A stretch of DNA of 64,000 nucleotides from Flavobacteriales bacterium (GCA_028280815.1 JANQLC010000022.1:1002-65001), one strand, 5' to 3'; shown: positions 11,252 to 22,944, counted from the stretch's first letter. Notes: generated from the sequence alone by a model not told the origin. Translations and numbers: made by a program.

Positions 11252-12436
11252 TTATTTACCCACGTACGACGTGACGTCTGCGGCTGATATTTCATCGTCC
11301 CCCAAAATCAACAAGCGTTCCACGACATTGCGCAACTCGCGAATGTTACCCGTCCAGGGGTATGCTTCTAAGAGCTGTAGGGCTTTGGGGGAAAAGCGCT
11401 TCTTTTCGATGCCCTGTCGTTCGCTGATTTTCCGTAAAAAGTGTTCGATCAAAGGGGGTATATCTTCCCTGCGGTCCTTGAGTGGGGGTACTTCAATCGG
11501 GATTACGGCCAAGCGGTGGTACAAATCCGCCCGGAAGCAGCCCTTTTGGATTTCTGCTCTGAGGTCTTTGTTGGTGGCTGCGAGGATGCACACATCCACG
11601 GGTATGGGTTTTTCTCCGCCTACGCGGGTGATGCACCCCTGTTGCAAGGCGCGCAAAACTTTGGCTTGCGCAGCGAGGCTCATATCGCCTACCTCATCTA
11701 AGAACAAGCTGCCCTGGTTCGCTTCTTCAAACCGGCCCTTCTTTTGTTTAAAGGCGCCGGTAAAGCTTCCCCTTTCATGGCCAAATAATTCACTTTCAAT
11801 CAACTCAGAAGGAATGGCAGCGCAATTGACCGCTATCATAGGGGCTTGGTTTCGTCGGCTCTTCTGATGGATCCAATGTGCGACGAGCTCTTTTCCGGTT
11901 CCGTTTTCCCCGGTGATCAAGACGCGCGCATCGGCGGTGGCTACCCTTTCAATAATCGCTTTAATGCTTGCCAGCGCCTGGGACTTGCCCACCATTTCAT
12001 AGCTCTCAGAGACCTTTTTGCGGGGCCTTTTGTTTTCCCGATGCAAGGTCTGGTTGGCATCCAACAGATTTTTTCGATCGACAGCATGGCGTATCGAAGT
12101 GAGCAAACGATTTAAGTCCGGCGGCTTGGCAATAAAGTCGAACGCCCCCTTTTTCAAGGACTGGACAGCGGTTTCGATATCGCCATGCCCCGAGATCATG
12201 ATAAAAGTGCTGTCGGGTTTGAGCGCAATCGCTCGTTCCAACACTTCCATGCCATCTATATTCGGCATCTTAATGTCGCAGAGGACGACATCAAAATCGG
12301 ATTCCCTTATCTTTTCAATGCCCGTTACGCCATCGGGAGCCTCCGAAACGACATACGAATCATCTTCGTTTAACAATATGCTTCTCAAAACATTTCGGAT
12401 GCTCTGCTCGTCTTCGACGATGAGAATTTTTGCCAC
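11252..12436 (-). CDS. Sigma-54-type (NtrC/NtrX-like) response regulator, REC + AAA+
   Basis: KILIVEDE, LCDIKMP, ITGENGTGKE, ESELFGHERGSFTGA, WTGNIRELRN. Confidence 0.93.
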   Translation of the reverse strand: MAKILIVEDEQSIRNVLRSILLNEDDSYVVSEAPDGVTGIEKIRESDFDVVLCDIKMPNIDGMEVLERAIALKPDSTFIMISGHGDIETAVQSLKKGAFDFIAKPPDLNRLLTSIRHAVDRKNLLDANQTLHRENKRPRKKVSESYEMVGKSQALASIKAIIERVATADARVLITGENGTGKELVAHWIHQKSRRNQAPMIAVNCAAIPSELIESELFGHERGSFTGAFKQKKGRFEEANQGSLFLDEVGDMSLAAQAKVLRALQQGCITRVGGEKPIPVDVCILAATNKDLRAEIQKGCFRADLYHRLAVIPIEVPPLKDRREDIPPLIEHFLRKISERQGIEKKRFSPKALQLLEAYPWTGNIRELRNVVERLLILGDDEISAADVTSYVGK

Positions 12437-12439
12437 GGC

Positions 12440-13696
12440 TCAGTATTTCAACCATCTGTACAACTCCTTCCAGCTGGGTTTTTTACCGTACATCAAAATG
12501 CCGACCCGGTAAATACGCGCGGCGACCCATACCATAAAGAAAAAGAAACCCACCGACAAGGCCATCGACAGAATTAGTTGCCAAGGGGGCACGCCAAAGG
12601 GGACTCGCGCCATCATAGCTATGGGTGACGTCAGCGGAATCAAAGACAGCCAAAAGCCCATCGCGCTGTCTGGGTTTTGGGCGATGGAAATACTGGCATA
12701 TATGGCAATCAGTATCGGAATGGAGACCACCAATAAGAACTGTTGGGTATCCGTCTGGTTATCGACCGCAGCGCCGATGGCCGCAAATATCGAATTATAG
12801 GTCAAGATTCCAAAGGCGAAGTAAAAGACAAAGGCAAAGAACCACAGGGATACATTCGTTTCACCGAGGGTTGTCCAAGCGTTCTGAACCATCCCTGCGC
12901 TTTGTGTGGGAAGCGCAGCGCCAAAGAGGAGGGCAGCCCCACCGATGAGCAAAATCCAAATGCTGAACTGAGTGAGTCCGACGAGGACCGAGGCGAAGAT
13001 TTTACCCAACATCAGCTGTACGGGTTTCACAGCAGAGATGACGACCTCTACAACGCGGCTTAGCTTCTCCTCCAACACGCTGCGCATGACGCGTACACCG
13101 TATACGAACACGAAAAAGTACATCAAAAATGTAAAGGCGTTTGAAATGGGCGCAGCTAAGGCTGAAATGCGCCGGGTATCCTGGTTTTGAAAGTTTTTCA
13201 ACTCGATTTTCACCTCGGTACGGGCTGCCTCAATCCGGCCCTGAGTCACGCCCGAGCGCTGCAATTTGTAGTTTGTAAAAAAATTATTGAAATCGTTTTC
13301 CAGGCGATGGGTCACCGAGGTGCTCACGGGTTTCATCGAAAACAGCGCGATGTGATCCTGGGTGTAGTCGGCATCGAAGGGCTCTGTAGCGGGGATATAG
13401 AGCAATCCCATGTATCGATCTCCGGTTTGAATGCGCGCCTTGGCAGCTTCCAAGCCGTCGGTGGGCAAAAAGATCAGCCGTTGGGAGCCCGCACTTTGGA
13501 TCGCCCCTTGAAACATACCGCTCTGGTCGTAAACGGCTAGCGGCTTGGCGTCTGCCCCATCGTGTTGAGACATGAAAGAGACAAAAACCGCCATGCCGAT
13601 CAAGAACAGCGGGATGGCTAGGGTCGTGATCAGAAAAGTCCGCTTGCGCACACGAGCTGCGTAATCTCTCGCCAAAACCAATCCTATTTTATTCAT
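12440..13696 (-). CDS. ABC-2 type transporter permease (NatB-like)
   Basis: Multiple TM helices; EEKLSRVVEVVIS; YRVGILMYGK C-terminus; follows ABC ATPase. Confidence 0.9.
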   Translation of the reverse strand: MNKIGLVLARDYAARVRKRTFLITTLAIPLFLIGMAVFVSFMSQHDGADAKPLAVYDQSGMFQGAIQSAGSQRLIFLPTDGLEAAKARIQTGDRYMGLLYIPATEPFDADYTQDHIALFSMKPVSTSVTHRLENDFNNFFTNYKLQRSGVTQGRIEAARTEVKIELKNFQNQDTRRISALAAPISNAFTFLMYFFVFVYGVRVMRSVLEEKLSRVVEVVISAVKPVQLMLGKIFASVLVGLTQFSIWILLIGGAALLFGAALPTQSAGMVQNAWTTLGETNVSLWFFAFVFYFAFGILTYNSIFAAIGAAVDNQTDTQQFLLVVSIPILIAIYASISIAQNPDSAMGFWLSLIPLTSPIAMMARVPFGVPPWQLILSMALSVGFFFFMVWVAARIYRVGILMYGKKPSWKELYRWLKY

Positions 13697-14621
13697 GGGC
13701 ATCTCGTTTTACAGCTTCGATAAAAACTTCATCCATAGTCGGCAGCAACTCTTCAAATGAGCGCACGGTCCCGATTTGCATCAGGGCTTGTAGCAACTCA
13801 TTTGGGCTTTGTTTCGGTTTTAATGCAACCTCTACGCGGTAGGCACCGCTGTATTTTGGCGCGTCCTTTCTCTCTTGATAGTCAAAGTGGGTCAGCGCCT
13901 GTAGTGCCATCCCTTCAAAAGGCACCAGATGTACATCGTAAACGTGCTTCTTGAACTGATTTTTGACCGTTTGCACAGCGCCATCTAAAATTTTTCTCGA
14001 TTGATTGATCAGCACGACGTGGTCGCAGATCGCCTCCACCGATTCCATGCGGTGCGTGGAGCAGATCACCGTCGCACCCCGGTCGCGGAGTTCCAAGATC
14101 TCATCTTTAATTCGGTTGGCATTAATGGGATCGAAGCCGCTAAAAGGCTCGTCGAGAATCAACAGCGCTGGACTGTGCAAAACGGCGATGGCGAACTGTA
14201 GCTTTTGGGCCATCCCCTTGGATAATTCTTGCACCTTTTTATGCCACCAGCCTTGGATTCCAAGCCGTTGAAACCAATGTGAAACCCGCGCTCTCGCCTC
14301 TGCTGCACTTAGACCTTTTAGCCGCGCAAAAAAGAGGGCTTGCTCACCCACCTTCATATCGCGATACAGACCGCGTTCCTCGGGTAAGTAGCCTACATTT
14401 TGAATGTGATGGGGTCTCAGTCTCTCGCCGTTGATCAGCACCGAACCGGCGTCCGGTGCAGTGATCTGGTTTACGATGCGAATCAGCGAAGTCTTACCCG
14501 CACCATTGGGCCCGAGCAAACCGAATATCTGGGCCTTTTCAACCGCCAAGCTCACATCGCTTAAGGCGGTGTACGCGCCGTAATACTTGCTCACGTGCTC
14601 TATACTCAGAACCTTACTCAT
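13689..14621 (-). CDS. ABC transporter ATP-binding protein
   Basis: [26 protein letters not shown]. Confidence 0.93.
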   Translation of the reverse strand: MSKVLSIEHVSKYYGAYTALSDVSLAVEKAQIFGLLGPNGAGKTSLIRIVNQITAPDAGSVLINGERLRPHHIQNVGYLPEERGLYRDMKVGEQALFFARLKGLSAAEARARVSHWFQRLGIQGWWHKKVQELSKGMAQKLQFAIAVLHSPALLILDEPFSGFDPINANRIKDEILELRDRGATVICSTHRMESVEAICDHVVLINQSRKILDGAVQTVKNQFKKHVYDVHLVPFEGMALQALTHFDYQERKDAPKYSGAYRVEVALKPKQSPNELLQALMQIGTVRSFEELLPTMDEVFIEAVKRDAHE

Positions 14622-14679
14622 CGCGTTGCGCATTTGGCAAGCCACCCCTTGCGAGCAGCTTCCGGTGAAAGGTTGGGCT

Positions 14680-15804
14680 TTATTCGAACATTTCTTTTAC
14701 GCGATCAAAAAACGATCGATCGGTAGGGCGTGCCTTAAAGTTGTCATCATGGCGCATGCGCTCAAAGAATTCTCGTTGAGCCTGAGTCAATTTCTGGGGT
14801 GTAAAGACGTTTACGTGTACCAATATATCGCCCCTTCCATAACCGTTTAAATCGGGAATACCCTTGGCGCGCAACCGCAATATCTTTCCGGATTGGGTGC
14901 CCGGGGCCAACTTAATCCTCGCTTTACCGGTCACGGTAGGGATTTCCAGTGAAGTCCCCAAAACCGCATCTGAAAAGGAAATGTACAAATCGTAGTGCAA
15001 GTTATTGCCCTCGCGCTTCAACTGCGGATCTGCTTCCTCTTCGATTAAGACGATCAAGTCTCCTGAAACACCTCCGTTTGGTGCGCCGTTTCCCTTTCCG
15101 CTCACCTTGAGCTGCATGCCGTCGCTCACACCGGGCGGAATTTCAATGGAGACGGTTTCCTCCTCGCGGATCATACCGTTTTTATCCGCTCCAGGGGGTA
15201 CCCCATCCACCACCTCTCCCGAGCCCCCACAGTTGTGGCAGGTACTGGTCGTCTGCATTTGTCCCAATAGGCTACGGGTTATACGGGTGAGCTGGCCGCT
15301 CCCGTGGCAAACCGGACAGGTCTTATAGGTTGTGCTCGGAGCCTGTTTGAGGCGGGATACCTTTACTTTTTTCGTCACACCCCGTACGATATCCGCCACG
15401 CTCAATTTTAATTTGATTCGCAGATTGGTACCGCGCTGCACACGGCTGCGCCCACCGCCGAAGCCCCTGCTAAAACCGGTGAATCCCCCGCCGCCAAAGG
15501 CCTCGCCAAATATATCGCCAAACCGGCTGAAGATGTCTTCCATATTCATGCCGCCCCCGCTCCCAAAGCCGCTGGAGCCGCTCAGGCCCGCGTGGCCGAA
15601 TCGGTCGTATCGCTTGCGCTTTTCGTCGTTGCTCAAGACCTCGTAGGCTTCTGCCGCTTCCTTAAAGCGCTCTTCCGCCGCCCGGTCACCCGGATTTTTG
15701 TCGGGGTGGTATTTCAGGGCTAACCTTCGATAGGCCTTTTTTATCTCCGTTGCCGAAGCGCCTTTGTTGAGCCCCAAAACCTGGTAGTAATCTCGCTTTG
15801 CCAT
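14680..15804 (-). CDS. dnaJ: Chaperone DnaJ
   Basis: J-domain HPD, G/F-rich region, two CxxCxGxG repeats. Confidence 0.97.
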   Translation of the reverse strand: MAKRDYYQVLGLNKGASATEIKKAYRRLALKYHPDKNPGDRAAEERFKEAAEAYEVLSNDEKRKRYDRFGHAGLSGSSGFGSGGGMNMEDIFSRFGDIFGEAFGGGGFTGFSRGFGGGRSRVQRGTNLRIKLKLSVADIVRGVTKKVKVSRLKQAPSTTYKTCPVCHGSGQLTRITRSLLGQMQTTSTCHNCGGSGEVVDGVPPGADKNGMIREEETVSIEIPPGVSDGMQLKVSGKGNGAPNGGVSGDLIVLIEEEADPQLKREGNNLHYDLYISFSDAVLGTSLEIPTVTGKARIKLAPGTQSGKILRLRAKGIPDLNGYGRGDILVHVNVFTPQKLTQAQREFFERMRHDDNFKARPTDRSFFDRVKEMFE

Positions 15805-15811
15805 GCTTTTG

Positions 15812-16378
15812 TTATTCCCCTACCACTACCTTGGCGAAACGGATCACCTTGTCGTTTAAGAAATAACCCGTTTGGACTACCTCGACGACCTTGTCCTTTA
15901 ATTTTTTGTCGGGAGCCGGAATTTGTGTGACAGCCTCGTGGAGATCCGTATCAAAGCGATCGCCGTTTCTAACCGTCATCGGCTGTAGCCCTTTGGTCTT
16001 TAGTATTTGCTTTAACTTGTCGTAGATGAGTTCCACGCCTTTTAACAGCTTGTCGTCGCCTGACCGTGCGATCTCTTCGTTCGCGAGTTGAAAATCATCC
16101 AAGACAGGCAACAGGGCTGCGATGACCTCTTGCCCCACGGTCTTGTATAGATCGCTGCGTTCCTTATGAATGCGCTTCTTATAATTTTCAAATTCCGCAA
16201 AGAGGCGTAAAAACTTATCCTGCTCTTCGCGGACTTGCTCTTCCAATTGCGCCAATCGCTCTAGGTTTTCAGCTATCTTTTCAACCGGTTCTTTACCCTT
16301 CGACGCGGGTGCGGGCTCGCCCTGGGACGCTTCACTCGATGTGCTTTTGTCTCTTGCCATCTCAGCTGTATTTTTCAT
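15812..16378 (-). CDS. grpE: Nucleotide exchange factor GrpE
   Basis: [31 protein letters not shown]; upstream of dnaJ. Start uncertain. Confidence 0.95.
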   Translation of the reverse strand: MKNTAEMARDKSTSSEASQGEPAPASKGKEPVEKIAENLERLAQLEEQVREEQDKFLRLFAEFENYKKRIHKERSDLYKTVGQEVIAALLPVLDDFQLANEEIARSGDDKLLKGVELIYDKLKQILKTKGLQPMTVRNGDRFDTDLHEAVTQIPAPDKKLKDKVVEVVQTGYFLNDKVIRFAKVVVGE

Positions 16379-16533
16379 CGGATTAAACCCTTGCAAAAGC
16401 TTTGCCAGTGGATAAAACGGTCAGATTGTCATTTGTCGCCTATTGCATTGACAGTTCTAAAGGGGCCTATAGCCGGCTGGGATACATACCAAAATCCCTC
16501 TGTCGGCAATCCGATCTCTTTCACCCTGCGATT

Positions 16534-17841
16534 TCAATCCAAGCGAACGATGTGAGCACCGATTTTTCTCAACTTGTCGTCGATGCGTTCATAACCGCGA
16601 TCGATTTGTTCTATGTTGTGAATCGTACTCGTACCGCTGGCCGAGAGCGCGGCGATCAGCAGGGAAATACCCGCCCGAATATCGGGTGAATGCAGTGTCG
16701 TAGGCCTGAGTTCGGGTTTGTGGTCCAACCCGATCACCGAAGCGCGATGGGGGTCACACAGGACGATTTGGGCGCCCATATCGATCAATTTGTCGACGAA
16801 AAACAGCCGGCTTTCAAACATCTTTTCATGGATGAGCACACTGCCTTTGGCCTGGGTAGCCACCACCAATAACACAGAGAGCAAATCGGGTGTAAATCCG
16901 GGCCAGGGGGCATCGGAAATCGTCATGATGGAGCTGTCGATAAAGCCTTGAACCTCGTAGTGCGGCTGTGGTGGAATGCACATATCGGCACCTGCCCGCT
17001 CGACTCGGATCCCCAATTTACCGAAAACCGACGGTATGGGGCCGAGATTTTCCCAGCTGACATCCCTGATCGCGAGCGCTGAGCCAGTCATGGCTGCCAA
17101 GCCGATCCAACTGCCGATTTCTATCATATCGGGCAGGATTCGATGCGTGCAACCACTCAGCTTCTCTACGCCTCGAACAAACAACCGGTTGGAGCCTATG
17201 CCACTGATCTCAGCCCCCATAGCGCACAGCATTTTGGAGAGCTGTTGGATATAGGGCTCACAAGCGGCGTTGTAGAGGATGGTTTTTCCCTCGGCCAAGA
17301 CGGCGGCCATCAAGAGGTTGGCCGTGCCGGTGACCGATGCTTCCTCCAAAAGGATGTGGTTACCCTTCAGTTTCTGACAGCTTATGCGGTAAAAACGGCT
17401 TCGGCTGTCGTAGTGAAATGCCCCACCGAGCTGCACCAAAGCCTTGAAGTGCGTATCGAGGCGACGGCGTCCGATCGGGTCGCCACCGGGGCGGGGAATA
17501 CAACCCAGACCAAAGCGGGCCAGCAGGGGGCCTACGATCATAACCGACCCGCGTATGGATGCACTTAGGCTTACAAAAGACTTGGATTTGAGATAGTCCA
17601 AATCGACTGAATCGGCTTGAAAGCTGTAATCTCCGCTTCCGTTCCTTTGAACGCCGACGCCCAAATTCTCGAGAATCTCGACGAGTCTGTCCACATCTAT
17701 AACATCGGGAACATTGGTGATGCGCACCGGCTCATCGGTGAGCAGAACGGCGCACAGCACTTGTAAGGCTTCGTTTTTCGCCCCCTGCGGGATCACTTCC
17801 CCTTTTAAGACGCGTCCACCTTCAACTCGAAAGCTTCCCAT
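16534..17841 (-). CDS. murA: UDP-N-acetylglucosamine 1-carboxyvinyltransferase
   Basis: GAKNEAL, PGGDPIGRR, APWPGFTPD, SPDIRAG, IDRGYE. Confidence 0.96.
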   Translation of the reverse strand: MGSFRVEGGRVLKGEVIPQGAKNEALQVLCAVLLTDEPVRITNVPDVIDVDRLVEILENLGVGVQRNGSGDYSFQADSVDLDYLKSKSFVSLSASIRGSVMIVGPLLARFGLGCIPRPGGDPIGRRRLDTHFKALVQLGGAFHYDSRSRFYRISCQKLKGNHILLEEASVTGTANLLMAAVLAEGKTILYNAACEPYIQQLSKMLCAMGAEISGIGSNRLFVRGVEKLSGCTHRILPDMIEIGSWIGLAAMTGSALAIRDVSWENLGPIPSVFGKLGIRVERAGADMCIPPQPHYEVQGFIDSSIMTISDAPWPGFTPDLLSVLLVVATQAKGSVLIHEKMFESRLFFVDKLIDMGAQIVLCDPHRASVIGLDHKPELRPTTLHSPDIRAGISLLIAALSASGTSTIHNIEQIDRGYERIDDKLRKIGAHIVRLD

Positions 17842-17860
17842 GGGCTGCGGATTCCTGCGC

Positions 17861-18457
17861 TTAATACTTCCTTCGCTTGTTGTTGTAATTCTTTCGCTTC
17901 TTCCTCACAAGTGAATGGCTGTGCATCAGGTTTTCATCGGAGTCGGTCAAATCGATCCGACCGCCGGACAGCTGTTTCAAGTGTTCAAAGATCACCCCAT
18001 CGGCTACGGTATCCCTATTCCAGACCAGAAAGCATTTTTTCATGTGGTTGGCGATGGTCATGACCAATGCATCCCGCTTGGGTCCTTCCTTCCAAGTGAC
18101 CGCTTGGTCGATCATCAATTGAATGTTGTGACCGTAGAAGCGATACGCGCTATTTTTTTTTGGGTAGGCCAGACGCTTGGGACGCTCCAGCATGTCTTCC
18201 TGCGTCAATCTCGGATAAGGCGAATCGACGTCCAGATTGAAGTTCGCCATAATGAAGAGCTGATCCCACAGTTTGTGTTTAAAATTGGGGACATCGCGCA
18301 GCTGTGTGTTCAAATTTGCCATGACCTCGATGACGTAATGGGCTTCTGCACTTCTCTTTTTCCGATCTCCAATCGCGGTCAAATAGCGTACCATTTGTTG
18401 GATGTGGCGCCCGTATTCAGGAATGATGAGCGGCTCACGCTGTGAATTGTATTGCAT
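17861..18457 (-). CDS. DUF4290 family protein
   Basis: YNSQRE.LIIPEYGRHIQQMV, HKLWDQLFIM; conserved partner of murA in Bacteroidota. Confidence 0.88.
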   Translation of the reverse strand: MQYNSQREPLIIPEYGRHIQQMVRYLTAIGDRKKRSAEAHYVIEVMANLNTQLRDVPNFKHKLWDQLFIMANFNLDVDSPYPRLTQEDMLERPKRLAYPKKNSAYRFYGHNIQLMIDQAVTWKEGPKRDALVMTIANHMKKCFLVWNRDTVADGVIFEHLKQLSGGRIDLTDSDENLMHSHSLVRKKRKNYNNKRRKY

Positions 18458-18478
18458 GTGTTTACCAAAGATAAAAAA

Positions 18479-20812
18479 TTATGTCAGCTTTCTCAGTCGT
18501 GCAAATTTCAAAAGGAGCTTTTTCTCACCGACATTGTCAAACCGGATCGCGGCTCGGGTATCCGCACCTTTGCCCTCGAGGCTTTTTACCACGCCTATTC
18601 CAAAGCGCTTGTGTTGCACCTTATCCCCCAACTGCAACGGCGGTATTTCCACCCTTCCCTCCGACTGTCGATCGGAGAGTGGGGCGAGGCTTTTTCCATT
18701 GACAAAAGTAGGCTTTTCAAACGAAATCGCATCCCCTTGCGCGCCTGTTGTATGGCGAGGTCTGGCGGGGTGATCAAAAGCCGAACCGCTCGGCTGGTCC
18801 TGACCCGTTGCCTCGGCGAGTGGTTTGAGGGAAGTGGCTGCGAGGTACTTTTCATCGATTTCAAATAAAAAACGGCTGGGCTCGTTATCCACGGGTCGCC
18901 CCCAGCGAAAACGGGATAGGGCATAGCTCATAAACACCCTTTTCTCGGCACGCGTAAGCGCCACGTAAAAAAGTCTCCGCTCCTCCTCCAACGCGGGTCG
19001 AGCATGCGTGCTGAGCAGAGCGGGAAACAAATTTTCTTCCAGGCCCGCGATGAACACGTATGGGAATTCCAACCCTTTGGACAGGTGTATCGTCATCAAA
19101 GACACCGCATCCCCGTCGCCCTTTCCATCCTTATCCCAGTCCGTGGCAAGTGCGATATTTTCCAAAAATCCGACCAGCGTGGGGTCCCCATCGACCAACT
19201 CCTGCTGCTCATTCACAAAGCCTTTGACGCCGTTGAGCAATTCCTGTATGTTTTCGTAGCGGCTCACCCCTTCGGGGGTCTTGTCCGACGCGAGCGCTGA
19301 CAGCAAACCGGCGCGCTCAGCTATCGCTTTGGCCACATCAAAGGCGTGGCGGTCAGCTATTTGGGTTTGCAGGCTTTTGATCATGGCGTAAAAATCGACG
19401 AGTTTGCGCTGTATGCCGGCCTGAATCGGTAAATCGTAATGTCTCAGATTCGCTAAGATGGCGTAGATGCCCACCCCATTTTGTCTCGCAGCTACGGTGA
19501 GCTTATCCACCGTAGTCTGACCGATGCCCCGTCTCGGAAAATTGATGATCCGGGCAAAGGCTTCTTCATCGGCGGGGTTTACCAAAAAACGCAGGTAGCT
19601 CACCAAGTCCTTGACCTCTTTGCGCTTATAAAATGAGAGTCCACCATAGACGCGGTAGGGTATATTCCGCTTTCGCAAGGCATCTTCCAAGGCACGAGAT
19701 TGGGCGTTGGTGCGATACAGAATGGCAAAATCGGAATTTTCGAGTCGGTTGTACGCCTTTTCTTCAAAGAGGGTACGCGCGATATACGCAGCTTCTTCCG
19801 CATCGGAATAGGCGCGGTACAACTGGATGGGCTTACCCATTTGGTTGTGCGTCCAGATGTTTTTTTCGAGCTGTTCCCTGTTCTTTTTAATCACGCTGTT
19901 GGCCGCGCCGACGATACACTTCGTAGAGCGGTAATTCTGCTCTAGGCGTAAGATTTTCGCATCGGGGTAGTCCTTTTGAAAGTTCAATATATTGCGGATG
20001 TTCGCACCGCGAAACGAATAGATGCTCTGGGCATCATCCCCGACCACGCATAGGTTTTCGTATCGGGCGGCCAAGGCCTTTACGATTACATACTGGGCGT
20101 GATTGGTATCCTGGTATTCATCGACCATCAGGTATCGAAACCGATCCTGGTATGCAGCCAAGACCGCGGGAAACCGAGTGAGCAACGCATGGGTCTGCAG
20201 CAGCAGATCGTCAAAATCCATGGCGCCAGCTCGAAAGCAACGCTCCGCATATTCGGTGTAAATCTCAGCCGTTTTGGGGCGCTTCGAGGCCTGGTCATAG
20301 GCCTGCCACTCCGGGTTGCGCCGGTAGGCTTTTGCCGTGATCAGGTTGTTTTTAAACTGGGAGATGCGCGCCAAAATCAGCTTGGGCTTATACACATCCT
20401 TATCCAGCTTTTTCTCCTTGATGAGCTGGGTGAGTACGCTGACCGAATCCTGGGTATCGTAAATGGTGAAATGAGAGGGGTAGCCCAAATGATGCCCCTC
20501 GGCGCGCAAAATGCGTGCAAACACCGAGTGAAAAGTGCCCATCCACAGGTTTTTGGCTTCGCTCACACCCACCATTTGGGCGATGCGTTCCCGCATTTCG
20601 CGGGCGGCTTTATTGGTAAAGGTCAGCGCCAGAATGCGAAAGGCGTCTATCCCCCCCTTCATCAGCTGTGCGATGCGATAGGTCAAAACTCGCGTCTTAC
20701 CCGCACCGGCACCGGCGATGACTATCACCGGCCCCTCGGTAGCCGCCACCGCTTTGCGTTGGGACTCGTTAAGCGCTTTGAAGTAGTCGATAACCGCTGA
20801 ATTTGGAACCAA
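18479..20812 (-). CDS. pcrA: ATP-dependent DNA helicase UvrD/PcrA
   Basis: AGAGAGKTRVLT, VDEYQDTN, LEQNYRST, KGLEF, EEERRLFYVALTRA. Confidence 0.95.
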   Translation of the reverse strand: MVPNSAVIDYFKALNESQRKAVAATEGPVIVIAGAGAGKTRVLTYRIAQLMKGGIDAFRILALTFTNKAAREMRERIAQMVGVSEAKNLWMGTFHSVFARILRAEGHHLGYPSHFTIYDTQDSVSVLTQLIKEKKLDKDVYKPKLILARISQFKNNLITAKAYRRNPEWQAYDQASKRPKTAEIYTEYAERCFRAGAMDFDDLLLQTHALLTRFPAVLAAYQDRFRYLMVDEYQDTNHAQYVIVKALAARYENLCVVGDDAQSIYSFRGANIRNILNFQKDYPDAKILRLEQNYRSTKCIVGAANSVIKKNREQLEKNIWTHNQMGKPIQLYRAYSDAEEAAYIARTLFEEKAYNRLENSDFAILYRTNAQSRALEDALRKRNIPYRVYGGLSFYKRKEVKDLVSYLRFLVNPADEEAFARIINFPRRGIGQTTVDKLTVAARQNGVGIYAILANLRHYDLPIQAGIQRKLVDFYAMIKSLQTQIADRHAFDVAKAIAERAGLLSALASDKTPEGVSRYENIQELLNGVKGFVNEQQELVDGDPTLVGFLENIALATDWDKDGKGDGDAVSLMTIHLSKGLEFPYVFIAGLEENLFPALLSTHARPALEEERRLFYVALTRAEKRVFMSYALSRFRWGRPVDNEPSRFLFEIDEKYLAATSLKPLAEATGQDQPSGSAFDHPARPRHTTGAQGDAISFEKPTFVNGKSLAPLSDRQSEGRVEIPPLQLGDKVQHKRFGIGVVKSLEGKGADTRAAIRFDNVGEKKLLLKFARLRKLT

Positions 20813-20915
20813 ATGTAAGGAATAATTTCAGCTCGGGTAAGAGATATATCGACGCTGAGAAGCCTGTCCGATTTAAAGCCGTATCTTTACCGAAAACCTT
20901 AACCCTAGCTTAAAG

Positions 20916-22857
20916 TGAAGCGTAAAAACAGGATCATGTCCTTCGCCTTCTGAGCTTATCGCTTGCCTGTAGCGAGCGAGGAGATCAATCTCAGACCTTA
21001 GATATCGGTGCTTTACAACTGTCGAGTCGCCTGATAAAGCCCGGCGCAGACATTCGGATCAACTATTTGCCGAGCCATGGCAACCTGGGGGGTGACAAAG
21101 ACATTCAAGGCGTTCTCTACCACTTAATCGGGTAATCGGGCGCGACATATACGCGCAGTCCATAGCCATGCAGGCGCGAGACGGCAGGCTGGAAGCCCGC
21201 ATTCACATCCCCGATTCAGCCCAAGCCTTGGTGTTCAGCTTTAGGCCCCGATACAAAGTGGACAACAACGGGGATAAGGGTTACGTTATACCCCTATGCG
21301 CTGCGGACAACACAGCTTTACCCGGTGCCCGAGCAGCCATGGGGTACTTTTATCTCCGAGGCAGGTCTCAGGCTGACATAAAGATAAAGCACGATGTGTC
21401 CGATGCGCTCGCCCTGATCGAGTCGGATATCACAGCGCATCCCAAACTGAAGAAGGCCTATTGGCGGCTGTATGTCGATGCATCCTATCGAAACGAGCCC
21501 GAAGCGGGGAGAGACTTAGTCAGAGCCGAGATCGCTCAACTCGAATCCCAACGGGATTTGGACGGGTCGCAATTATCGTCCTTGCAACATTTTCATTCGC
21601 TTCTATGGGACTGAGAAAAGGTGCGTTCCATCCATCGCATTCTCGTTGCGAAATTTCTCCATTGAGCATACCGAAGACTTGACAAAGGCCACAGCGCTTT
21701 ACGCCCGATACAAGTCTGCATTTGACAAGGGTACGGAAGCGCTTTCCGCTGATCGAGACAAAGCCATCTCTTCCTTAGTTAGGAGACATGTTAGAGCCGG
21801 TAACTTAGAAGAAGCCTTGCGGATCGCTTCAGACCTGAATGGCAAACCGATCACAATGTCAATGTTGTACGAGAATATTGCCTGTGTGTTAGCCGAAAAA
21901 GGGGAATCGCTGGATCGAGTCCAAGAATTCTTTAAAAAATCCCTCGAACGGCTCGAAGAATCCAAGGCGCAATTAAGAGGGGAACCCACTTATCTAACAA
22001 CGGCAGAATGGAAAGCGGAACGGGACCGTAAGTATGCCGAGTATGTAGTAGACGTATATGCTTGGATTCTATTCGAACGCGGAGAGATCCGAGAAGCGAT
22101 TGCCCATCAATCGCAAATAGCCGGTGTCGAATCCGATCCCGACATCAACCAGCGTTACATCCATTATTTGTCGACGGATAAACGATACGACCAAGTCCTG
22201 ACCCATGCACGTGAATACATGGAGTCCGGTGCAGCCATCCGAGAAGCTATGAAGCCCTACTTAAAACAGACGTACCGAAATACGCACCACTCGCTTGGGG
22301 GCTATGATGCCTTTCTGACAGCGGTGCGGGCAGCCCAGCAGAAGCATAGGGTGGGCGTGCTCAAAGGTCAGATGACCGACAAACCAGCGCCCGATTTCAG
22401 TTTAAAAGACCTAGAAGGGAACGAAGTTCCACTGCACTCGTTCAGGGGAAAAATAGTGGTCTTGGACTTTTGGGCTACCTGGTGTGGCCCCTGCATAGCT
22501 TCTTTTTCAGCCATGCAAAAGGCGGTTGACCAATGCAGAGATGACGACGGGGTGAAATTCCTCTTTGTAAATACCTGGGAAGATGGAGAGGATGCTGAAA
22601 CCCGCAAAAAACAGGTGTTGAACTTTGTCGCACAGCATCCATACGGCTTTCACATCGTAATGGATGAAAAAAATCCTCGAAAGAAAGGCAGGCGGTTTCA
22701 GGTGGCAGATGCTTATGGCATAGATGGCATTCCTGCTAGGTTTGTCATCGGCCCGGCGGGTAAAATCAGATTTACCGAGTCTGGCTATGGAGGAAGCGAG
22801 TCGGCCTTGCTTGAAGAAATAGAGGCGATGGTTGGACTCGTCCGAGGCAGGGCTTAA
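20916..22857 (+). pseudogene. TlpA-family thioredoxin lipoprotein, disrupted
   Basis: C-terminal DFWATWCGPC redoxin domain in 21646-22857. The N-terminus (lipobox LSLAC ~20955-20970; 21168-21614) is split by frameshifts and stops. Confidence 0.8.
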
Positions 22858-22944
22858 TCGCTTGGACAAAAACCTCTTTCCGCCCCAACCCCTGTTGCGA
22901 ATGTAATTATCGAATTGGAAATACTTGTAGCTTAAGGGAAAGCG

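Noticed and set aside
1569-22857. Pseudogenes as long-read indel errors
   Set aside because: About 40 core genes are intact and lesions cluster in accessory genes, including nonsense substitutions; raw-read check still advisable
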